Of a DNA stretch of 11,281 nt, positions 1-6,499 are shown one piece after another. The notes beneath the pieces were generated by a model that was given only the letters and a program-made list of their open reading frames with translations, did not search any database and was not told where the DNA came from. The position numbers and the translations under genes were made by a program. This DNA comes from Planctomycetota bacterium (GTDB lineage: Bacteria > Planctomycetota > Planctomycetia > Pirellulales > Lacipirellulaceae). The DNA lies in the NCBI GenBank assembly GCA_039190745.1, contig JBCCXZ010000093.1:1-11281 (forward strand), written 5' to 3'. Position 1 is the first letter of the stretch; every line of letters starts with the position of its first letter.

Positions 1-1472
1 GAACCGTTGGAGCTGTTGTTGCTGATGGTACTAGAGAAGACCCCAATTCCCTTGGGGGCCGAAAGCCCTCCCCCGTTGGAGGCAGTTCCGTGCGTGCTAT
101 TGCCGTCAACCTCACTCTTGTGCAGTTCCACAAGCGACATCGAGGAAACCCCGCCGCCTGCGGACTCCCTGCCATGCGTGCTATTGCCGAGAACCCGACT
201 CTCCCTAATGACAACGGCGCCGTCCAAAGGCCCAGGAGGCAATACCCTGTTGATTCCTCCGCCTCGCGACGCTTCTCCAGTCGTGCTGTTCCCGCTGACG
301 GTCGAGCGCATAACCGAGACCGCGCCGTTAGCCTGGAAGCCTCCGCCTCCCGAGGCGTCCCCGTGCGTGCTGTTTCCTGAGACAATGCTCTCGTGCAAAG
401 TAACGCTGCCAGAAACTCCAAAGTTGCCGACCACGAATCCACCTCCCTCAGACGAGTCCCCCTTGGTCTGGTTCCCCTCAACGGCGGTGCGTACGAGAGA
501 AGCGGATACCGATGCGAACCCCCCGCCCCCCGAGCGCCACCCGTCAGTTGAGTTGCCTCCGACCAGGCTGTCGGTCAAGGTCGTGTCCCCGCTATAGAAG
601 CCTCCGCCCCCCGCGTTATCGCCCGTCGTGTGATTCTGGCTGATAGTGCTACCCACAATAGTTGTGTTGGCACTAATAAAACCGCCGCCGTCCGAAAGGT
701 TTCCGTCAGTCGTGTTTCCCGACACCGTGGTCCCGGACATCACCAAGTCTCGCACGTGGAACCCGCCTCCATCCGCACCACCGCCCAGAGTCGCGTTGCC
801 AGTGATCGTGCTGTCACTGATCGTCGCTGACCAGGCCCAGAAACCTCCTCCTAAAGCCCCAGACCCCGTCGTGTGGTTCCCCGAGATCACCGAGCTGCTG
901 ATGGTTATCTCTCCCGACGAATACACCCCTCCTCCATATGCGGAAGAACCAGACGTTGAGCTGTCGCTAATCCGAATATCAGAGAGGCTCAGAGAACTCA
1001 CGAAAGCGAAAACAGCTCCGCCCCTTCCTTCTTGCCCAGGGGCGGTCGTGGCGCCGTTGGCTAGAGTCAGGCCTGATAAAGCAACCGCCTGCTCGTGGTC
1101 GGGATCAAATGGGATGTCTATGCGGAAGAGCCGTGAATCGTGCTGGCCATCAATGGTCAAGAGGTCCATCCCAGGTCCAACGATACTTAATGCCTCGGTA
1201 ATCGGAAGCTCGCCATCGGTTAGTGCGATGGTCGAAGGCCCTTCGTTGCCAAGCTCGAAGACGATCTCGTCGACGCCTGGAACTGTGTTGGCTGCAAAGA
1301 TCGCTTCCCGAAGAGACGTAAGGCCATCATTTAAATCGACCACGTCCAACTCGGTGTCGATCACAATCGCCAGCACCCGTCGCTCTTCCAACGGATCAAA
1401 ACGCAGCCGACGCAAACGGGCTTCCGCCTGCTTCAGAAACGGGTCGCGACGCCACGGTCTCAGCAGACTCAT
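1..1472 (-). CDS. Large secreted planctomycete surface protein (Planc_extracel/LEPR-XLL-like leader, CSLREA motif, right-handed beta-helix GGG repeats); 3' end lies outside the window
   Basis: Manual translation from ATG 1472 is open to the window edge (490 codons): MSLLRPWRRDPFLKQAEARLRRLRFDPLEERRVLAIVIDTELDVVDLNDGLTSLREAIFAANTVPGVDEIVF... It continues with about 12 repeats of the type S.(I/V)SGN.T.G..(S/A).GGG(F/V/I). A GGGGG RBS-like run lies upstream. The ORF track probably omits it because there is no stop codon in the window. Confidence 0.9.
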   Translation of the reverse strand, partial: MSLLRPWRRDPFLKQAEARLRRLRFDPLEERRVLAIVIDTELDVVDLNDGLTSLREAIFAANTVPGVDEIVFELGNEGPSTIALTDGELPITEALSIVGPGMDLLTIDGQHDSRLFRIDIPFDPDHEQAVALSGLTLANGATTAPGQEGRGGAVFAFVSSLSLSDIRISDSSTSGSSAYGGGVYSSGEITISSSVISGNHTTGSGALGGGFWAWSATISDSTITGNATLGGGADGGGFHVRDLVMSGTTVSGNTTDGNLSDGGGFISANTTIVGSTISQNHTTGDNAGGGGFYSGDTTLTDSLVGGNSTDGWRSGGGGFASVSASLVRTAVEGNQTKGDSSEGGGFVVGNFGVSGSVTLHESIVSGNSTHGDASGGGGFQANGAVSVMRSTVSGNSTTGEASRGGGINRVLPPGPLDGAVVIRESRVLGNSTHGRESAGGGVSSMSLVELHKSEVDGNSTHGTASNGGGLSAPKGIGVFSSTISNNSSNG

Positions 1473-1887
1473 CAGTGAGCCCCCTAGCCGCTCAAGAACA
1501 AGGAAGCCGGGCAGCCGTCTGCACCGGCCCGGCGACCAAGACCTCGGCGCCGACTTACCCCTAGCCTACACGACCCCGCGGGCGACGCAATTCTCAAGCC
1601 CGGATTCGGCCCCCGCGACTTTTCGCAGTTTTTTGTGTGGAAAGTGGCCGCGCAGTCACATATACATGTGTACATATAAATCCGCGCGCCGCAGAGGCCC
1701 GAGCATCAGCGAGGAGTCACACCCGAGAAGAGTCCCAGAAAACTCAACCCGCTTTGGCCAGAACAAGCCATGAAACATGCCAACCCAACACCGACTCTAT
1801 CCTACAAAACCCGACCTCCAACCGCCGATCTCTCACTACTGCCAACCGACTTTTGGCGTATCGCCGCGTGTACCCGAATCCGCGCCT

Positions 1888-1924
1888 AAAGACAAAACAG
1901 GCCCGCCGACTTCAGTCGGCGGGC
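1888..1924 (-). terminator. Intrinsic terminator after the HTTM gene (possibly also a REP-like palindrome)
   Basis: Perfect 10-bp stem GCCCGCCGAC-ttca-GTCGGCGGGC (1901-1924), 12 nt after the stop at 1937, followed on the minus strand by CTGTTTTGTCTTT. Confidence 0.75.
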
Positions 1925-1936
1925 GCTCAGGATTCC

Positions 1937-2923
1937 TCAGGTAAACACCCGAGCAATCCGAGCGGCTAACGGATCGCAATACTTCCGCACCGCCTGAGGC
2001 GAGACGAACGAGAGGTTCGCGTAGATCATCGCCAAGCCGAACGTAATCATCCCCATGCACAACGCGATCCCGCCGTGCACCCCGAACGCGATCAACAGCA
2101 CCACCGGCCTGCAGTGCCGGTTCCAAACCAGGCAGCAGTAGAACAGCTCCCAGAACACCGTCACGTGCGTCATGACCGCCACCAGCACCGGCCAGCCCGC
2201 CATCCACGTCATGTCCAGCGACTGGTACTCCAGGTTCGCCACCGCCCACCACACCGCCGTGCCCGCTTGCCAGTTCTCGCCTTCCAGCTTCGCAATACCC
2301 GAGAACAAGTACACCACGCACAAGTGCAACTGCATCAGCCGGATTGCCACGTTCGCCGAGACGCTCGCCGGCGGGTCGTCGGTGTGCCCCTTGCGCATCC
2401 GCCGCAGCCGGTCGACCGAGTACCTAGCCCCGCACGGCCCCAGCATCAAGTACATCACCAGCAGGCAGTTGGTTTTATCCAACCCAAAGAACGCCCCCGG
2501 CGTCACCCGCTGGGCGTAGGAAATCGCGAGCAGGTAACCCAAGAAAGCCGCCGTGCGGGTAAAGAACCCCAGCATCAAGCAGGTAAACACCAACAATGCA
2601 AGCACATGGACCGACCACAGCTGCCAAGGCTGATCGATCCAGAAAAACACACTCCACGTCGACCACACCGGTTCGAGCGTGCCGTCTTCCAGCCGCGAGA
2701 CGTGAACCGTGTTCCGTAGAAACTCCACCGGCCACCAACCCTCCGGGCCCAGGAAGGCCCACAGGTCGAGCGACCACACCGCGTGCGTATAAAGCAGCAG
2801 CGAGCCGGCCAGCAGCCGGATGAGCGACAGCGTCGCCGGGTCGGCCGGCGTAAACCAGAACCGGTTCCAGGCGTCCCACACCTCGGCGATGTAACCCCGC
2901 GTGCCGCGGGCGGCAGAGATCAT
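1937..2923 (-). CDS. HTTM-domain polytopic membrane protein (SdpB / linaridin LinG / vitamin K-dependent carboxylase N-terminal-like), 328 aa
   Basis: Motifs WNRFWFTP..P..L...R, RLMQLHLCVVYLFSGIAKL.G.NW..GTA, THVTVFWEL and VHGGIALCMGMITFGLAM, with many TM helices. The true start is probably ATG 2923, which overlaps the upstream TGA (ATGA). The listed extension to 3397 lies out of frame within the upstream gene. Confidence 0.88.
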   Translation of the reverse strand: MISAARGTRGYIAEVWDAWNRFWFTPADPATLSLIRLLAGSLLLYTHAVWSLDLWAFLGPEGWWPVEFLRNTVHVSRLEDGTLEPVWSTWSVFFWIDQPWQLWSVHVLALLVFTCLMLGFFTRTAAFLGYLLAISYAQRVTPGAFFGLDKTNCLLVMYLMLGPCGARYSVDRLRRMRKGHTDDPPASVSANVAIRLMQLHLCVVYLFSGIAKLEGENWQAGTAVWWAVANLEYQSLDMTWMAGWPVLVAVMTHVTVFWELFYCCLVWNRHCRPVVLLIAFGVHGGIALCMGMITFGLAMIYANLSFVSPQAVRKYCDPLAARIARVFT

Positions 2924-3705
2924 CGCGGTGCCCCCTGCGGCTGGGTCGGCGGCAACTCGACCGGCGGCGTCTTCGCTACGCGAGGCTTCCCTTGCAGCGA
3001 AGCGAGCACGCGGTAAGTCGACCGGGCGTCTAGCGGCGTCTCTTCCAATACCCGATAAGGAGGCAGCAGCCCGTGAAAGACCAACTCCACCTCGCTCTCG
3101 CCGCCGTGGACCGTCGCCAGGTGGTCTGCGTAGTTCTGCCCCGAGCTCGGCCCGTGCCCGGCTGTTTGCTCCGAGAGCATCATGTGCCGGTGGTAGAACA
3201 GCCGCGGCCGGTGGGTCTTCCGATCGGGGAACGTCCCCTCCACCACCTGCCCGTCCGGACGCGTCACGCGGTACCGCATGATGTGCGTCCCCGCGGGGTC
3301 GGGGGCGAAGAACTCGTAGCCGTGGTTGATGAACACCAGGTTCTGGTAGTGCGTGAGCTTGGAAGACAGCCAGTCCACCACAATTGGTTTCTGCCACTCG
3401 CGGCTCGACTCCGGCGGCGGGGCGACCGGATTACCTTGGTCGTCGAACAACCGAAAGTTCGGCGGCAGCGCATCGGCAGTCATCAACGACCAAGGCGCGA
3501 CAAACACGGCGAGCATGTGGCCGGAAACCAGCAGGCTCACCAGCAGCCGCGTCCAGAGACTCCAACCGACGCCGCCGGCCGGCGCCGGCTTGGAGGGCTT
3601 CGCCTTCTCGGGCTTGGGCTTCTCCGGCTTCGCGGCGGGCTCAGCAGCACGCGGGGTCGCCTGCTGCGATTGCTTCGCCCCGAGTTCTTGCCGACGCCTT
3701 GCCAT
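2920..3705 (-). CDS. Single-pass membrane protein, SdpA/DUF5819 (LinL/CypL)-like, 261 aa
   Basis: Lys/Pro-rich N-terminal tail, one TM helix containing a His (LLVSLLVSGHMLAVFVAPW), and the motif NHGYEFFAPDP, which resembles the W/Y-x-(L/F)-F-A-P-x-P signature of SdpA/DUF5819-type proteins. It is coupled to an HTTM gene, as sdpA is to sdpB. Confidence 0.75.
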   Translation of the reverse strand: MARRRQELGAKQSQQATPRAAEPAAKPEKPKPEKAKPSKPAPAGGVGWSLWTRLLVSLLVSGHMLAVFVAPWSLMTADALPPNFRLFDDQGNPVAPPPESSREWQKPIVVDWLSSKLTHYQNLVFINHGYEFFAPDPAGTHIMRYRVTRPDGQVVEGTFPDRKTHRPRLFYHRHMMLSEQTAGHGPSSGQNYADHLATVHGGESEVELVFHGLLPPYRVLEETPLDARSTYRVLASLQGKPRVAKTPPVELPPTQPQGAPR

Positions 3706-3803
3706 CTGCTCTCTCGGATTCGGTCGGCCCCGGCTGTGTCGTCGTGCCCTGCCCAGTTCATAGGGAACTGGCGGCCCAGCCGCGTCAGTCTCGGTGCGAT
3801 AGC

Positions 3804-3846
3804 AAAAGAAAAACCCCCGCTCCGGTCAACACCGAAGCGGGGGTTT
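3804..3846 (-). terminator. Strong intrinsic terminator after the TIGR03000 gene
   Basis: The minus strand reads AAACCCCCGCTTCGGT-gttg-ACCGGAGCGGGGGTTT-TTCTTTT. This is a 16-bp stem whose single irregular pair is G-U only on the minus strand, followed by a U tract. Confidence 0.88.
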
Positions 3847-3885
3847 GGGGTACTGCTAGCGTTGCGGACTCAAGCCAGGAGACAG

Positions 3886-4875
3886 CTAGTTGGCCATCGC
3901 GACCTTGGTCGCCTCGTCCGAGAAATCGAACGCCAACTCACGCGAGTCGCCGCCAGAGATGGCGATCGTCTGCTCACGGACCAGCGTCTGGCCGTCCCGC
4001 TCGAGCTCGACGCGGACGGTGTAGTTGTCCCACTCGGCGCCTTCCGCAAGGCGGCTGGTCACAAAGGTCCGCTCCTCGCCGGTCTGCGAGGTCTCCGCCC
4101 CGGCCAGGAAGACCTTGGCCTCGGCGGGCACGTTCACCTTCAGCGAGGTCTGCGTAGCCTCGGGCTTCGCGGCGAGCTCGGCGTTGCCGAACTCCAGCGT
4201 CGCTTTCTGCCCCGCCTTCAGGTGGACCGTCTTGACCTCCGACTCGCCGTTGTAGCTCACTTCGAGCCGGTAGGCGTAGGTCAAGCCGCTCTTGAGACCG
4301 CGCGAAACAAAGCTCCGCTCGGCGCCTTCGCTCGTGGTGGCCTTGCCGTTTACCTTCACGCTGGCGTCGGCCGGCACCGTCACCTCAATCGAGGCCGAGT
4401 CGTCCGCGGCTTCGGGGACCGATTCCACTTCGTAGCCTTCGTGGATGTGGTCGCCGTGGCTGTGGCTCTCGTGGATGATCACGCCGCCGGTCGTGCCGTA
4501 GCTGCCCGAGGAGCCGTAGCTGCCGGACGAACCATACGATCCGTGGCTGGCACTGGAGCCGTGGCTGCCGTAGGAACCGTAGCTGGCGCTGGAACCGCTC
4601 GAGCCATAGCTAGCCTTCGCGGCGTGGCGAGCAGCCTTACGAGCGTGCCAACGGGCGAACAAGCCGCCGTGGCTGCCGCCCGACCCGTAGGAGCCGCCGG
4701 AGCCGTAAGAGCCGTAGCTGGCGCTGGAACCGCTCGACCCGTAGCTGCCGTAGCTAGCGCTCGAGCCCGAGGAGCCGTAGCTGCCGTGGGAAAAAGCCGA
4801 TGCGGTACCGGTTGCCAGGATCAACGCCGTGATCCCGAAAGCCGCACCCGCAGTACGATTCATGAAAGTGGCCAT
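3886..4875 (-). CDS. Secreted TIGR03000-domain protein with (S-x-G)n low-complexity N-terminus, 329 aa
   Basis: Sec-type signal peptide ending in ASA, two SxG repeat blocks, a His-rich patch, then two copies of the planctomycete TIGR03000 pattern (I.V.VPADA.V...G..T...G.ER.F....L..G..Y.Y). An alternative start is ATG 4863. Confidence 0.9.
   Translation of the reverse strand: MATFMNRTAGAAFGITALILATGTASAFSHGSYGSSGSSASYGSYGSSGSSASYGSYGSGGSYGSGGSHGGLFARWHARKAARHAAKASYGSSGSSASYGSYGSHGSSASHGSYGSSGSYGSSGSYGTTGGVIIHESHSHGDHIHEGYEVESVPEAADDSASIEVTVPADASVKVNGKATTSEGAERSFVSRGLKSGLTYAYRLEVSYNGESEVKTVHLKAGQKATLEFGNAELAAKPEATQTSLKVNVPAEAKVFLAGAETSQTGEERTFVTSRLAEGAEWDNYTVRVELERDGQTLVREQTIAISGGDSRELAFDFSDEATKVAMAN
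4495..4791 (-). repeat. Two blocks of 9-nt-period coding repeats (14 and 13 Ser-x-Gly/Ala triplets), including an exact 26-bp duplication
   Basis: Block 1 spans 4666-4791 and block 2 spans 4495-4611. The plus-strand sequence CCGTAGCTGGCGCTGGAACCGCTCGA occurs at both 4577-4602 and 4712-4737. Confidence 0.9.
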
Positions 4876-4916
4876 CTGGTGAGGGTCCCCCTGTCGCCGG
4901 TCTCAGTGATGCTTGG

Positions 4917-4977
4917 AAAACAAACAGCGAATGAACAAAGGCAGCGGCGGCAAGACTGGACGACCGCTGACGCTGCC
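4917..4977 (-). terminator. Terminator-like hairpin in the leader region of the TIGR03000 gene (pcm terminator or attenuator)
   Basis: The minus strand reads GGCAGCG-tca-GCGG-(13 nt)-CCGC-CGCTGCC, followed by TTTGTTCATTCGCTGTTTGTTTT. Confidence 0.45.
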
Positions 4978-4997
4978 GAAATGCACGAAACTATGGC

Positions 4998-5021
4998 GTT
5001 GTAACGGCTTACCGTAACAAC
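4998..5021. promoter_or_regulatory. Inverted repeat (operator or 5' RNA hairpin) at the predicted transcription start of the TIGR03000 gene
   Basis: GTTGTAACGG-ctta-CCGTAACAAC; 9 of 10 positions pair. Confidence 0.45.
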
Positions 5022-5027
5022 TAGGCA

Positions 5028-5055
5028 AGAATAGCAGCATTGCATGCTAATTCAA
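5028..5055 (-). promoter_or_regulatory. Putative sigma70 promoter for the TIGR03000 gene
   Basis: Minus strand TTGAAT-N16-TATTCT with an extended -10 TGn (TGCTATTCT), inside an AT-rich patch. Confidence 0.45.
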
Positions 5056-5124
5056 GCAATCTGGGTAAATTTGCTGCAGCGTGCCGGTTGGGAAGAGGGC
5101 GTAGACCTGTCCGGTAGAGGTCAA

Positions 5125-5616
5125 TCACGGGTTCTCGAGAACAACCAGCCGGACTTCGTCGATGTCGAGTGTTCCGGCGGCCCCCAGCAGGCCGACCCTT
5201 ACAATCGCTTCCCTCGTCGCCAGCGGCACGTCGATAGTCCTTTCCACCCTCTGCCAATCGAAGTCCCGGCCCCATGGTCCCAGGCGCTCGCTCTGGATCG
5301 CGGCCCGGCGCCGGTCGTAGAAGGTGATGACGACAGCCGGCCCGGAGTGGGAATCCGACGGGCGTGTGATCGTGACCCCACGCACCCGCGCGGAGAGTCG
5401 GATCTGATCGATCCGCCGGCCGTCCAACGCCATGCCTTGCAGAGCCCGCCCGGGGTCGTTGATCGTTCGCACCTGGAATCGCAAGAACGAACCGCCATCC
5501 GCCGATCGGTTGTCCTGCCGCTCAACCGCGGCGTTGCGGAGGTAATGCCAACCAACCGGCAAGGCGGTATCGGTCAACACACGCTCGAAGTCCCCGTTGA
5601 CGATGCTCGGGCTGGC
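5125..5616 (-). pseudogene. Out-of-frame C-terminal domain of the Pcm protein (carbohydrate-binding/jelly-roll-like)
   Basis: The frame reads [11 protein letters not shown]...PVGWHY...DWQRVERTIDVP...GTLDIDEVRL. The NGDFE...GW...W...D.V.L pattern is typical of CBM4/9-like beta-sandwiches. It has no convincing start of its own and joins pcm in frame if one C of the C5 run (5617-5621) is removed. Confidence 0.75.
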
Positions 5617-6358
5617 GGGGGTCCGGCAGCCGCTCACGCTTGTCCTCCGCAGCACCGGTCATGGGCACGAAGAGCGTCGCACGCAACGGAGTCTGCTCCA
5701 AGCGACCGTCCCGCTTCACGACGCGGAAGAGATTTTGTTGGTAACGCTCGCCTACCGGGATGATCATCTCACCCCCTTCGCGGAGCTGATCGACCAAAGC
5801 CTGCGGGATTCTCTCCGGCGAACAGGTGACAATGATCTTGTCGAAGGGTGCGTGCTCCGGCCAACCGAGGTACCCGTCCCCCGACTTCACGTGGACGTTC
5901 TTGTACCCTAGTCTACGGAGGGTCCGCTCGGATCGCTTTGCAAGCCGGTCGACGATCTCGATCGTGTAGACCTCAGCTACCAGCGGGCTGAGCACCGCAG
6001 CCTGATAGCCGCTGCCGGTGCCGATCTCCAGCACCTTCTCCTCCGGACCCGGCTGGAGTTGCTCCGTCATGTAGGCCACGACGAACGGCGGCGAGATGGT
6101 CTGACGATCGCCGATCGGCAACGCCGCGTCCAAGTAGGCGTACTGGCGTTGCCTCCCGGGGACAAACTCGTGCCTGGGCGTCGAGCGCATGGAAGCGAGC
6201 ACCCGTGGATCGGCGACTCCCGCGGCCTCGACTTCCTCGGCCACCAGCCGTTCTCGTTGCCGCTGGTATTCGTCTTGCGCAAAGGTAGTGGGCGGAAACC
6301 AAGCCAACGCCGTAAGCACGGCCAGCCAGTGTGTCGGGATTCGACAGAGGTGTTGCAT
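5522..6358 (-). CDS. pcm: Protein-L-isoaspartate(D-aspartate) O-methyltransferase with N-terminal signal-like peptide; frameshifted after the catalytic domain
   Basis: Motifs [72 protein letters not shown] and FVPMTG. The likely start is ATG 6358 ([29 protein letters not shown]). It is 278 aa as sequenced and 410 aa if the frameshift is repaired. Confidence 0.92.
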   Translation of the reverse strand: MQHLCRIPTHWLAVLTALAWFPPTTFAQDEYQRQRERLVAEEVEAAGVADPRVLASMRSTPRHEFVPGRQRQYAYLDAALPIGDRQTISPPFVVAYMTEQLQPGPEEKVLEIGTGSGYQAAVLSPLVAEVYTIEIVDRLAKRSERTLRRLGYKNVHVKSGDGYLGWPEHAPFDKIIVTCSPERIPQALVDQLREGGEMIIPVGERYQQNLFRVVKRDGRLEQTPLRATLFVPMTGAAEDKRERLPDPRQPEHRQRGLRACVDRYRLAGWLALPPQRRG

Positions 6359-6499
6359 CTCGCTTCTCGCCTGCACTCCAGCGCCTTGATCCTCTACGAT
6401 AGTGAGTGGCACTCGTACCCGCCCGACGGCTCCGCAGTGCATTGTTAGTTCATTGTTGAAGTGTAGTTCACGCTAGCCAAGGCCCCCCGAGACCGGCCC

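Noticed and set aside
7..1773. Plus-strand Pro-rich ORFs 7..597 and 646..1773
   Set aside because: They are antisense shadows of the minus-strand beta-helix gene; the PPP runs mirror GGG codons.
1786..1910. Recurrent CCGAC pentamers (1791, 1811, 1846, 1906)
   Set aside because: They are too short and irregularly spaced to distinguish from chance in GC-rich DNA.
2924..3397. N-terminal 158-aa extension of the HTTM ORF in the track
   Set aside because: It overlaps the SdpA-like gene out of frame and has junk composition. The ATGA-coupled start at 2923 fits much better.
1937..3705. Calling the locus a canonical sdpABC or linaridin cluster
   Set aside because: There is no SdpC-like toxin, SdpI immunity protein, LinE hydrolase, short Thr-rich precursor or ABC exporter in the window, so gene symbols were withheld.
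4495..4791. Possible CRISPR array or non-coding tandem repeat
   Set aside because: The repeats are in-frame 9-nt coding units with synonymous variation. There are no unique spacers and no cas genes.
3073..5004. 643-aa plus-strand ORF
   Set aside because: It is antisense to two well-supported minus-strand genes, is Arg/Ala/Val-rich and has no recognisable motif. This is typical of high-GC shadow frames.
5020..5090. Possible sigma54 promoter (GGCAC...GC)
   Set aside because: The GG-to-GC spacing is 9 nt rather than the required 10.
6359..6442. Longer pcm start at 6442
   Set aside because: It would bury the signal-like peptide and occupy the divergent promoter region, so ATG 6358 is preferred.
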